Below, in pieces: positions 17,241 to 25,971 of a stretch of 34,532 bases of DNA. The notes below the pieces were generated by a model. That model was not told the DNA's origin, searched no databases, and saw only the letters and a list, made by a program, of their open reading frames with translations. The stretch comes from an uncultured bacterium (GTDB lineage: Bacteria > Lernaellota > Lernaellaia > Lernaellales > Lernaellaceae). The DNA lies in the NCBI GenBank assembly GCA_964534375.1, contig CAZHPN010000051.1, forward strand, positions 1 through 34,532. The letters are read 5' to 3'. Position 1 is the first letter of the stretch. The number at the start of each line of letters is the position of its first letter. The position numbers and the translations under genes are program-made.

Positions 17241-18725
17241 ATGGCGCGGGGGCGGGTTTTGGCGCAGCACGCGAAATATGCGATTTCGCTTTTTCTTCTG
17301 GGCGTGGCCCTGTACGCCCGCAGCCTGAGCGCGCCGTTTTTCTTCGACGACACCTCGTTCGTGCGCGACAACCCGGCGGTCAAAAGCCTGGGGGCCGCGT
17401 TCCGCACCTTTGGCGAGCCGAGCGCCGTCGCGGCCACGGCGGCGCTGCAGCGGCATACCTTCCGGCCGCTGCTCCCGGTGTTTTACGCGCTGCAAACCGC
17501 AATCTTCGGCGCGGGGCCGTTCGGCTATCACCTAACGGTCGTGCTGCTGCATGCGCTCAACGGCGTGTTGTTCTATTTCGTCTTTCTGCGGTTGGGCGCG
17601 GGGCGCGAATGGGCCTGGTTCGGCGCGGCGCTCTTCGTCGCGCACCCGGTCAACGTCGAATCGCCGGCGTGGATTTCGGGGCTGGACGACATCTCCTGGG
17701 TGACTTTTTTCCTGCCGGCGGTGCTCGTCTACCTGCGCTGGCGCGACACCGGCGGCGCGTGGCGCTTGGTCGCGGCGCTGGCGCTCTACGCCGTCAGTTT
17801 GCTGCTCAAGGAGACCGCCTCGTCGATGGCGGCGACGTGGTTGCTGCTCGAATTTGTCCAGCCGGCGCAACGCAAAGGAGCGCGCGTCGCGGCCGCGCTG
17901 TTTTTCGTTCCGGCGCTGCTGTACGTCGGGTGGCGGGTGCACGCCGTCGGCGGCGTCACGCAACTCGACCATTACCTCGCCGGTTCGCTCAAAAACACGC
18001 TGCTGACGACCGCGGTCATCTTCGCCGATTACCTGCGGCTGTTGTTTCTTCCGGTCAACCTGATGCTCGAATACAATCCGACGTTCCGCCAATCCATTTT
18101 CGATCCGTGGGTCGTCGGCTCGGCGTTGCTGCTCTTCGGCGTGGTTCTCCACTTCGGCGTGCGCCGCTGGAAAACACCGGCGTGGTTCTTCTTTTGCCTG
18201 GCGCTGTGCTCGCTCGCGCCGGCGGCCAACCTGCTGCCGATCAACTCGCTGCAAAACGAGCGGTTCCTTTATTTCGCGACCGGCTCATTCGGCTTTCTCG
18301 CGGCGACCGCGCTCGGTCGCGCGGCGGCGCAACGCCCGCGCGCGCGTTTCGCCGGCCACTTCGTGCTGGCGATGTTTTGCATTCTCACGCTGGCGCGCGT
18401 GGAAATCTGGCGCTCGCCGATCGCGCTATGGGCCGATGTCGTCGCCAAGAACCCGGACAGCGTGATCGGCCATCGCAATTTCGGCGTCGAGCTGCTGTGG
18501 CGCGGCGACCTCGAACGCGCCGAGACCGAGTTTCGCCGGGAACTGGCCTGCGACGGCGGCCGCTCGCAGTCGTATCAAAGCCTCGCGTATGTGCATTTGC
18601 TGCTGCGGCAGTGCGCGGAAGCGGCGCGCGAGTTCGCCCTGTACCTCGCGGACAACCCGGGCGACCCGGCGACCCTCGAGCAATATCGGCAGGCGCTGGC
18701 GTGTGCGGGGACGCCGCCGCCGTGA
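17241..18725 (+). CDS. TMTC-like GT-C glycosyltransferase with C-terminal TPR (about 494 aa; start uncertain)
   Basis: FFFDD, FRPL, GYHL..VLLH..N, ALF..HPVNVE..AWISG, LLKE, YLRLLFLP..L, ERFLY, W....LW....KNP, then TPR-like helices. Confidence 0.8.
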   Translation: MARGRVLAQHAKYAISLFLLGVALYARSLSAPFFFDDTSFVRDNPAVKSLGAAFRTFGEPSAVAATAALQRHTFRPLLPVFYALQTAIFGAGPFGYHLTVVLLHALNGVLFYFVFLRLGAGREWAWFGAALFVAHPVNVESPAWISGLDDISWVTFFLPAVLVYLRWRDTGGAWRLVAALALYAVSLLLKETASSMAATWLLLEFVQPAQRKGARVAAALFFVPALLYVGWRVHAVGGVTQLDHYLAGSLKNTLLTTAVIFADYLRLLFLPVNLMLEYNPTFRQSIFDPWVVGSALLLFGVVLHFGVRRWKTPAWFFFCLALCSLAPAANLLPINSLQNERFLYFATGSFGFLAATALGRAAAQRPRARFAGHFVLAMFCILTLARVEIWRSPIALWADVVAKNPDSVIGHRNFGVELLWRGDLERAETEFRRELACDGGRSQSYQSLAYVHLLLRQCAEAAREFALYLADNPGDPATLEQYRQALACAGTPPP

Positions 18726-18765
18726 CCTGACGCCGCTTGGCGCCTGGCGCGGGCCGCGGGCCAAC

Positions 18766-19524
18766 CTATTCCCTCAGGACATCGACCAAATCGGCGACCT
18801 CATCGCCGCCGGTGAGCTCCAGAAAAATGGACTCCAGCCGGCCGTCGTCGGCCTGATTGGCGCGGCGAATTTCCGCCATCGTGCCCAGGGCGATGATCCG
18901 CCCTTGGTGAATGATCGCGATGCGGTCGCAGACCTCTTCGGCGACCTCGAGCGTGTGTGTCGACATGAAGATCGTCCGGCCGGCGCGGACCAGTTCGCGG
19001 AAGAGGCGCTTGACCAGCCGGGCGCCTTTCGGATCGAGGCCGACCATCGGCTCGTCGACGATCAGCGCCTTGGGGCGGTGGAGCAGCGCCGCCGACATGA
19101 TCAGCCGCTGCTTCATGCCGTGCGAGAAGTTTTCGACCAGCTCATTGGCCCATTTGTCGAGCTCGAACATCGTGAGCAACTCGGCGCCGAACTTCGCGGC
19201 CTCGTCGGGCGGCATGCTGTACAGCCCGCCGACAAACCGCAAAAATTCGGCGGCGGTCAGCTTCTCATACAAATAGGGCCGGTCCGGGATGTAGCCGATC
19301 ACGCGCTTGGCGGCCAGCGGGTCGGCCAGCGCGTCGATGTCGTTGATGAAAATGGCGCCCGCCGTCGGCGCCAACATGCCGACCAGCATCTTGATGGTTG
19401 TGGTTTTTCCCGCGCCGTTCGGGCCGAGAAATCCAAAAATCTCGCCGGCGCCGACTTCCAGATCGAGATTGTCCACAGCCGTCAGCGCGCCATATTTCTT
19501 GGTGAGTTTTTCCGTGCGAATCAT
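18766..19524 (-). CDS. ABC transporter ATP-binding protein (252 aa)
   Basis: Walker A GPNGAGKTT, signature FSHGMKQR, Walker B LIVDEP, H-loop STH. Confidence 0.95.
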   Translation of the reverse strand: MIRTEKLTKKYGALTAVDNLDLEVGAGEIFGFLGPNGAGKTTTIKMLVGMLAPTAGAIFINDIDALADPLAAKRVIGYIPDRPYLYEKLTAAEFLRFVGGLYSMPPDEAAKFGAELLTMFELDKWANELVENFSHGMKQRLIMSAALLHRPKALIVDEPMVGLDPKGARLVKRLFRELVRAGRTIFMSTHTLEVAEEVCDRIAIIHQGRIIALGTMAEIRRANQADDGRLESIFLELTGGDEVADLVDVLRE

Positions 19525-19622
19525 TTCAATCCCGGGTGCAAGCGCGCGCCATCATACACGAAGGCCGCCAGCGGGGTGAGCCGGAAGTTTTCGACGGCGC
19601 CGCGCCGCATCGCGCCCCGCGG

Positions 19623-21113
19623 TCACTTCGCTTCGAGCGCGTCGATCTTCACGGCGCCGATCATGCGCAAGATATCGACCTGTTTGTCGAGGCCGCCGTT
19701 GACGATGCGCAAGTGCGTGGCGTCGGCGGGATATTGATCGAGTGTGGAGTCGACCGCCACCCATTCGCCGACGTAGACGCCGTTCCAGGCGTGGTAATAG
19801 AACGAGCCGTTGGCGTACACCAGGCCCGCGTACGTTTGCGCCGGCAATCCGGCGGCCCGGGCCAGCGCGGTGAACAGCGAAGCGTGTTCGTTGCAGGCCC
19901 CGCGGCGCAGCAGCAGCACTTCCCGGGCGCTGGTGATCGAGACGACCGCTTTCTTTTCCAGGTTCTTGTAAATCCAATCGTTGATCGCGCGCGCGGCGGT
20001 CACCGCGTCGGCGCCTTCCGGCACGATTTTCCGGGCCTGCTCGACGATCGCCGGGTCGTCGCTTTCGATCAGCGGCTCCGGCTTCATGAATTTCCACAGC
20101 GCCGCGTCGTCGCCGCGGTACGGAATCTTGAACGCGCCCTTGCTTGGCGCCGGTTTGACCTGCACCGTCAGCACGCCGTCGGCGAAAGTCTGGCGGTCGT
20201 CCGCGAGCGGCAGGTCGTCGAACTTGACGCCCGTCAGACGCACCTTGACCAGCTTGGCGTCGCGGGCGTTCGGTATCGGCTTCTCGACGCGCACCTGCGC
20301 GAGCTCCGGCAGGTCGGGCGGTTTCGCGCTCCAGTTGGCGGTGAGCGCCGTCTGGCGCGGCTCGCGGATCAGCGTGAAGGTGGCCATCGTTTCTTCGAGC
20401 ATGCGGCCGCGTTCGTCGACGATGGCGACACTCGTCATGCCGAAGACCTCGACCTCGACCCGGTAGGCGACCAATTTCCCCCCGGACGGCGTCGGGCGCT
20501 CCAGGCGCTGCGTCACGCGAACCTTGGCTTTCTCGTAACGGCGCGTGGTCGGATCGAAAAACGGCGCATCGGCGGTCGCGCCGACGTGAAGCCCGCCCTC
20601 GTGGACGAGCAAGAGGGCGATGTCGTCTTGCATCATCGGCGGTTCGGGCAGGTGCAGCGTCTGCTTCTGCACGCCCGCCGCGGTTTCGATTTCGAGGTTG
20701 ATGTCGCTGCCGCGAACGGTGGCGATGATCTTGAATTTCATCTTGTCCGAACTGGTCACCAGGTCGATGTATTGCAGCTTGTGGTCGGGCCCCGTGAGGA
20801 TCTTGCTCTCGGTGCGAATTACCTGCTCCTCGCCCAGCTTGCCGAGTCGCATGTACGTCGATTCGTCGGTCTGGAAGCCGACCGAGGTCTCGGTGCGTTT
20901 CGAGACCGTGTAGCCGATCTTGGTCTTTTCGCCGTTCGGCATCGCGATGTAGATGCCGAACCATTCCTGCGCGTTCTCGTCGTTGTCCTCGGTTGCGGCG
21001 ACCGCCGTCGCCAGCCCCGGCGTTTCCGCGGCGGCCGTCGTTTGCCGATACGTGAAAAAGCCGAGCAAGCCCAGCCAGACCGCCAGCACCATCCAGCGCA
21101 CAGGTTTTCTCAT
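19623..21113 (-). CDS. exported transglutaminase-like domain protein (496 aa)
   Basis: GGAGG SD, N-terminal signal/TM; GACNEHA..F.ALARAAGLPA, YHAW, WVAVDST (Cys-His-Asp triad). Confidence 0.9.
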   Translation of the reverse strand: MRKPVRWMVLAVWLGLLGFFTYRQTTAAAETPGLATAVAATEDNDENAQEWFGIYIAMPNGEKTKIGYTVSKRTETSVGFQTDESTYMRLGKLGEEQVIRTESKILTGPDHKLQYIDLVTSSDKMKFKIIATVRGSDINLEIETAAGVQKQTLHLPEPPMMQDDIALLLVHEGGLHVGATADAPFFDPTTRRYEKAKVRVTQRLERPTPSGGKLVAYRVEVEVFGMTSVAIVDERGRMLEETMATFTLIREPRQTALTANWSAKPPDLPELAQVRVEKPIPNARDAKLVKVRLTGVKFDDLPLADDRQTFADGVLTVQVKPAPSKGAFKIPYRGDDAALWKFMKPEPLIESDDPAIVEQARKIVPEGADAVTAARAINDWIYKNLEKKAVVSITSAREVLLLRRGACNEHASLFTALARAAGLPAQTYAGLVYANGSFYYHAWNGVYVGEWVAVDSTLDQYPADATHLRIVNGGLDKQVDILRMIGAVKIDALEAK

Positions 21114-21272
21114 CGCGACCTCCGTTGCGTCGTAAATTATCGTAATATGCGATTGCCGCGGGCGCAATCGGCGCAGCGTTCGCCGAACTGGATTTTCCGT
21201 GAATCGCGCACCCTGGGCGGCGACGCCGCCCAGGGTGCGTCGCGCTTGACTGGCCTTTTGCCCGTGTAGTAG

Positions 21273-21563
21273 ATGCTGGTTGCCGGCGAAAAAATGTCGG
21301 CGGAAAGGGCCGTCAGGGTCGCGGGAGCGGTCACGTTCAAGAAAGCGGTCGGCGCCGTGCGGCGGCTGGGGCGTGGCCTCCAGACGCTCGTGGTGCAATT
21401 TCTGCTCGCGTTCCTGTACGTGTTCGGTTTTGGTCTGACGAAAGCGTGGATGCTGATTTTTCATCGCCGCCTTTACCGTTTCGGCGCGGCCGAGGCGGCG
21501 TCGTTTTGGTTGACGCCGAAGGACGGCGAATTCGACGCCCGCGACAGCGAGCGCCAGAGCTAA
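21273..21563 (+). CDS. SxtJ-like small membrane protein (start 21273 or 21294)
   Basis: LG..QT....LLAFLY..GFG.T...SFW......ERQS pattern and position upstream of a DUF5989-like gene and a carbamoyltransferase. Confidence 0.7.
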   Translation: MLVAGEKMSAERAVRVAGAVTFKKAVGAVRRLGRGLQTLVVQFLLAFLYVFGFGLTKAWMLIFHRRLYRFGAAEAASFWLTPKDGEFDARDSERQS

Positions 21564-21581
21564 CCGGAGAGGAGTGACGCT

Positions 21582-21743
21582 GTGAGCCGGGTATGGTTGA
21601 TCTTGCGCGAGACGTGGCGGCTGATTCGTCGCAACAAGGTGTATTTTCTCATCCCGATCTTCATCGCTTTGGGAATCATCGCCTTTCTCGTCTACACGGT
21701 CGGACCCGCGACCGTCATTGCGTTCATGTACGCCGGCATCTGA
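21582..21743 (+). CDS. DUF5989/SxtK-like small membrane protein (53 aa), not in the ORF track
   Basis: AGGAG SD + GTG; MSRVWLILRETWRLIRRNKVYFLIPIFIALGIIAFLVYTVGPATVIAFMYAGI*; stop lies 1 nt before the next ATG. Confidence 0.85.
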   Translation: MSRVWLILRETWRLIRRNKVYFLIPIFIALGIIAFLVYTVGPATVIAFMYAGI

Positions 21744-21744
21744 C

Positions 21745-23442
21745 ATGCACGTGCTGGGTCTGTCGTGCTACTACCACGACGCGGCCGCTTGCCTGGTGCG
21801 CGACGGCGCGGTCGTCGCAGCCGCGCAGGAAGAGCGGTTCAATCGCCGCAAATACTCGCCCGATTTCCCGCTCGCGGCGATCAACTATTGCCTGCAAGCC
21901 GGCGAGATCACGATCGACGATGTCGACCACGTGGCGTTTTACGAAAAACCGTTTCTCAAGCTGGAGCGCGTCCTGCTCCATCACGTCCGCGCCTACCCGC
22001 GATCGTTCCGCCTTTTCCTGCAAACGTTGCCGGGCTGGCTGCGCGAGCGTTTGACCCTGCCGATCACCCTGAAGAAAACCCTCGGCTACGGCGGCCGCGT
22101 TCATTTTCTCAGCCACCATTTGGCGCATGCGGGCAGCTCGTTTCTCGCGTCGCCGTTCGAGGAAGCGGCTATCCTGACCGCGGACGGCGTTGGCGAATGG
22201 GCGACGACCACGGTCGGCCACGGGCGCGGAAGCGGGATTCAGTTTCTTCGCGAACTCCGCTACCCCGATTCGCTCGGCCTCTTGTACACCGCGGTCACCA
22301 CGTACCTCGGCTTCGAAGCCCTCGCCGGCGAAGGCAAGGTGATGGCCCTGGCCGATTTCGGCGAGCCGGCGTTTCTCGACCGGTTTCGCGCGCTCGCCCG
22401 TCTGCGCGCGGACGGCAGTTTTCGCCTGGACCGGCGGTATTTCCCATTCTACGAGGGAACGCGCATGTTCGGCCGGCGCTTCGTCGCCGAATTCGGACCG
22501 CCGCGCGAGGCCGGCAGCGAGCTGACCCAGCGCCATCGAGACATCGCCGCCAGCTTGCAGCGCTTCCTCGAAGAAGCGTTGCTGAACATGGCGCGGACGG
22601 CTTTCGAGGCGACGCGTTCGCGTCATTTGTGCTTGGCCGGCGGCGTCTGCCTGAACGTCGCCGCGACCAGCCGCATCCGCGAGGAAACGCCGTTCGCCGA
22701 CCTGTTTATCCAGCCGGCGGCGGGCGACGCCGGCGGGGCGCTGGGGGCGGCGCTCTTCCTGTACCACGCGCTGACCGGCGCGCCCCGCGCGGCGGCGCTG
22801 GCCAACGTGTACGTCGGCCCGAACTTTTCGGCGGCCCACATTCGGCGGGCGTTGCGCAGCAGCGGGATAAAGTTCGCCGAGTGCGCGACCGACGAGCTGG
22901 TCGACCGCGTCGGGCGCCGCATCGCCGCGGGGAAGATCGTCGGGTGGTTCCGCGGGCGCATGGAATTCGGCCCGCGGGCGTTGGGTTGCCGCAGCATTCT
23001 GGCCGATCCGTCGCGCGCGGATATGAAAGACAAGCTCAACGCCGAGGTCAAGCACCGCGAGAGCTTTCGGCCGTACGGCGTGAGCCTGCCGCGGGAGGAC
23101 GTCAACGCCTATTTCGAACTGGACCGTCCGTCGCCGTTCATGCTGCAGGTCGCGCGGGTGCGGCCCGAGCAGCGGGCGCGGATCCCGGCCGCGCTGCACG
23201 TCAACGGCACGTCGCGCATCCAGACGCTGACGGCCGAGCAGGATGGCGCGTTCTATGCGCTGGCGAAAAAAATGGGCGAGTTGAATGGCGCGCCGCTCGT
23301 GCTCAACACCTCGTTCAACGACCGCGGCGAGCCGATCGTTTGCACGCCGGAAGACGCGCTTCGCAGTTTCCAAAACATGAGCATCGATTGCCTGGCGCTC
23401 GAAAACTTCCTGCTCGAGAAAGACGCGTCCGGCGGCGCGTGA
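21745..23442 (+). CDS. carbamoyltransferase, NodU/CmcH/TobZ family (565 aa)
   Basis: LGLSCYYHDAAACL, QEERF.R.K, HHLAHA.S.F, DGVGE, SLGLLY, EGKVMALA, LAGGV.LN, PAAGDAG, GRMEFGPRALG.RSI, KHRE.FRP, HVNGT.R.QT, LNTSFN. Confidence 0.95.
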   Translation: MHVLGLSCYYHDAAACLVRDGAVVAAAQEERFNRRKYSPDFPLAAINYCLQAGEITIDDVDHVAFYEKPFLKLERVLLHHVRAYPRSFRLFLQTLPGWLRERLTLPITLKKTLGYGGRVHFLSHHLAHAGSSFLASPFEEAAILTADGVGEWATTTVGHGRGSGIQFLRELRYPDSLGLLYTAVTTYLGFEALAGEGKVMALADFGEPAFLDRFRALARLRADGSFRLDRRYFPFYEGTRMFGRRFVAEFGPPREAGSELTQRHRDIAASLQRFLEEALLNMARTAFEATRSRHLCLAGGVCLNVAATSRIREETPFADLFIQPAAGDAGGALGAALFLYHALTGAPRAAALANVYVGPNFSAAHIRRALRSSGIKFAECATDELVDRVGRRIAAGKIVGWFRGRMEFGPRALGCRSILADPSRADMKDKLNAEVKHRESFRPYGVSLPREDVNAYFELDRPSPFMLQVARVRPEQRARIPAALHVNGTSRIQTLTAEQDGAFYALAKKMGELNGAPLVLNTSFNDRGEPIVCTPEDALRSFQNMSIDCLALENFLLEKDASGGA

Positions 23443-23450
23443 GGCGCTCG

Positions 23451-24449
23451 TCAGTCGATCGCCGCGCCGAGCATGGCGCCGACGCGGTCCAGCAACGCCT
23501 GGTCGAAATTGATCGCCAGCATCTCCAGCGCCTCGGCGCGCGACAGCAGACCCAGGCGAATCAGCCGGCTCGCCTCGGCGTGGTAGTGCGAATATCCGAA
23601 ATCTTTGATCGTCCGGTGGACGGAAAGAAAATTGAGATAACAATTGGTCGTCTTCGCCGGGTAGCTCAGGCGCGGATACCGCCACTTCAGTTCCCGCGAA
23701 ATCAGCGCGACGTACTCTTCGGGTTCGGAATTCAGGAACCAATGCGGCGACAGCACCAGGCATTTGTGCCGCTTCTTCGCGCGGGTCAGCGCTTCTTCCA
23801 TGCTCCGCGGAAAATCGCGATATTGCGGATCGTCCTTCAGCGAGGCGAGGAATTCCGCCGTCGCCTTGCCCATCGCCGCGAATTCCGGCGAACTGATGCT
23901 GCACGCGCATTTGGACATCACATCCTGCCGCGTCGACTGGCCTTTGGTCCAGCCGGCGATGATCATGGGAATGTCATAGCGCGCCGCCACGTCGAAGGCG
24001 AGTTGCATGTACCAGATCGAGCAGGGGTGGCACAGCACCGCCCGCGAACCGGAGCGCACGATGTTCGCGAACATGTTGCGCATATACGTCGACCGGAAGA
24101 AGAGAAAATCGACGCCCAGCGCCTCGACGGCGCGCCGTACGTTGTCCAGCGCGTCTTCGGTCTCGAAGCCGTGGTCGAAAGTGAAGGCCAGCACCCGCTG
24201 TTTGTAGCGCTTCACCATGTAGTAGAGACTCGACGTGCTGTCCTTGCCGCCGCTGCACATGACGAGGCAGTCGTAGGCGCCGCGGCCCTGATGTTGTTTG
24301 AGGATCTTTACAAAATCGGTCTCGAGCAAATCGCGTTCCGCCGGCCGCGACGCGGCGGCCTCGGCGGCGCGGCAGAGGTTGCAGACGCCGGCGTCATCCA
24401 GCCAAATATCCGGTTTGCTTTCCGGCAGCACGCACCTTTGGCAGAGCAT
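23451..24449 (-). CDS. PP-loop ATPase, N-acetyl sugar amidotransferase (WbpG)-like (332 aa)
   Basis: N-terminal CQRCVLP...GVCNLC, YDCLV..SGGKDS, LAFTFDHGF, CHPC, NC, IR.G..SR.EAL; ATG at 24449, 11 nt after the tusA-like stop. Confidence 0.85.
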   Translation of the reverse strand: MLCQRCVLPESKPDIWLDDAGVCNLCRAAEAAASRPAERDLLETDFVKILKQHQGRGAYDCLVMCSGGKDSTSSLYYMVKRYKQRVLAFTFDHGFETEDALDNVRRAVEALGVDFLFFRSTYMRNMFANIVRSGSRAVLCHPCSIWYMQLAFDVAARYDIPMIIAGWTKGQSTRQDVMSKCACSISSPEFAAMGKATAEFLASLKDDPQYRDFPRSMEEALTRAKKRHKCLVLSPHWFLNSEPEEYVALISRELKWRYPRLSYPAKTTNCYLNFLSVHRTIKDFGYSHYHAEASRLIRLGLLSRAEALEMLAINFDQALLDRVGAMLGAAID

Positions 24450-24460
24450 GAGTTTGCACC

Positions 24461-24712
24461 TTATGGGAGGTTGGCCCGGCGCACCAGCAGCCGCCATTGG
24501 CGGCCGACCGGTTCGCGGGCCAGGAGTTCGTGGCCGTCGGCGACGACGCCGTCGGCGACGTTCGTCGCCGGTTCGCCGTCGTCGACGAGGATCGCCAGCA
24601 CCGCGCCGGACGCCAGACCTTCCAGCCGCACGAGGGCGCGCGCGACGTTGTTCGGGCAGGGCACGCCGGTGAGATCGAGCGTTTCGTCGAGCGGGGGCGC
24701 TGCGCCGTTCAT
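24461..24712 (-). CDS. tusA: TusA/SirA-family sulfur carrier (83 aa)
   Basis: LDLTGVPCP motif, L..L..G.VL.ILVDDGEP..NV, WRLLVRR; ATG overlaps the desulfurase TGA (ATGA). Confidence 0.9.
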   Translation of the reverse strand: MNGAAPPLDETLDLTGVPCPNNVARALVRLEGLASGAVLAILVDDGEPATNVADGVVADGHELLAREPVGRQWRLLVRRANLP

Positions 24713-25911
24713 GACGCGGCTCCCCGGGGCTCGTTGCGCAGGCGGCGAACGGCCAGCGCCAGAAGCGCGGCCGCTTCGTCGAGTTCCGCCGCCGTCGTCC
24801 AGCGGCTGAGGCTGAAACGGACCGCGGCCAGGGCGTCGTCGTCGGAGCGGCCGATCGCGCGCAGGACGTGGCTCGGATCGCTCGTATCCGACGAACAAGC
24901 CGAGCCCGCGCCGACCGCAATTCCGTCCTCGTCGAGTTCGCGAACGAGCCGCCGGCCTTCGACGCCGCGGAACGAGACGTTGAGATTGTTGCAGAGCCGC
25001 CGCTCGTGCGGGCCGTTCAGCAGCACGTCGGGAATCGTCCCTTCCATGTTTCGCCAGAACGCCCACCGCAAGCGATCCATCTTCGCGGCGTCGGCGTCCG
25101 CGGCGATTTCCACCGCCTTGCCGAATCCGACGATGCCCGGCGTGTTAAGGGTTCCCGCACGCCGATGCCGTTCCTGGCCGCCGCCGTGAAACAGCGGCAT
25201 CAGCCGCACGCTGTCGCGGACGTACAACGCGCCGACTCCTTTCGGGCCGTGCAGCTTATGGGCGTTGAGGCTCACCAGATCGAGATGCTGTGCGGCGACG
25301 TCGAGCGGTTCCAGCGTCAGGCATTGGCAGGCGTCCGTATGAAACGCGACGCCGTGTTCGCGGCACAAGCGGCCGATGTCGGCGATGGGCTCGATGCTGC
25401 CGATCTCGTTGTTGGCGTACATCACGGAAACCAGAATCGTTTCCGCCGACAGGGCGCGTTCGACGTCCGCCGGATCGATGAGGCCGGCGCCGTCGACGGG
25501 GAGGCGGGTGACGCGGCAACCGAGACTTTCCAACCAATCGGCGGCGCGCAAGACGGTCGCGTGTTCCACCGCCGACACGATCACGTGCCGGCGGCGGTCG
25601 CCGTGGGCGAAGAAGACGCCCTGCAGCGCCAAATTGTTCGCTTCGGCTCCGCCGGAGGTGAAGACGATTTCATCCGGCGCCGCGTGGATCCGGCCGGCGA
25701 CGATTTGCCGCGCGCGCTCGACGCCCTTGGCGGCGGCGACCCCGTCCCGGTGGACTGAGGACGCGTTTGCCGACGATTCGGAAAAATACGGGGCCATGGC
25801 CGCGATGACTTCCGGCGCGGTTTTTGTCGTCGCGGCGTTATCGAGGTAAATTCTCACCGGTCCGGTCGCGCGGGCAAGGCTGACGGCGGTGTTTCGCGTC
25901 TCGTTCGACAT
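24709..25911 (-). CDS. iscS: cysteine desulfurase (IscS/NifS group I) (about 400 aa)
   Basis: IYLDNAATT, FTSGG.EANN, EH..V, MYANNEIG, HTDACQ, AHKLHGPKGVGALY, GGGQE..RAGT.N, catalytic GSACSS. Confidence 0.93.
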   Translation of the reverse strand: MSNETRNTAVSLARATGPVRIYLDNAATTKTAPEVIAAMAPYFSESSANASSVHRDGVAAAKGVERARQIVAGRIHAAPDEIVFTSGGAEANNLALQGVFFAHGDRRRHVIVSAVEHATVLRAADWLESLGCRVTRLPVDGAGLIDPADVERALSAETILVSVMYANNEIGSIEPIADIGRLCREHGVAFHTDACQCLTLEPLDVAAQHLDLVSLNAHKLHGPKGVGALYVRDSVRLMPLFHGGGQERHRRAGTLNTPGIVGFGKAVEIAADADAAKMDRLRWAFWRNMEGTIPDVLLNGPHERRLCNNLNVSFRGVEGRRLVRELDEDGIAVGAGSACSSDTSDPSHVLRAIGRSDDDALAAVRFSLSRWTTAAELDEAAALLALAVRRLRNEPRGAAS

Positions 25912-25971
25912 CCGGCCACGGTTATAACATCGCGGCACGACGGAAAACAACCGCTGCGGCCAACGACGGCA

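Noticed and set aside
21765..24809. 1014-aa plus-strand ORF and similar long Arg/Ala/Pro-rich ORFs (e.g. 6981-9449, 10340-12448, 30336-32432, 32564-34438)
   Set aside because: Off-frame or antisense shadows of well-supported genes; expected in high-GC DNA and lacking motifs.
23451..25911. Dnd/Ssp DNA phosphorothioation system (DndA desulfurase + DndC PP-loop)
   Set aside because: No DndB/D/E or Ssp genes; the PP-loop protein resembles WbpG-like rather than PAPS-reductase-like DndC; TusA is not part of Dnd.
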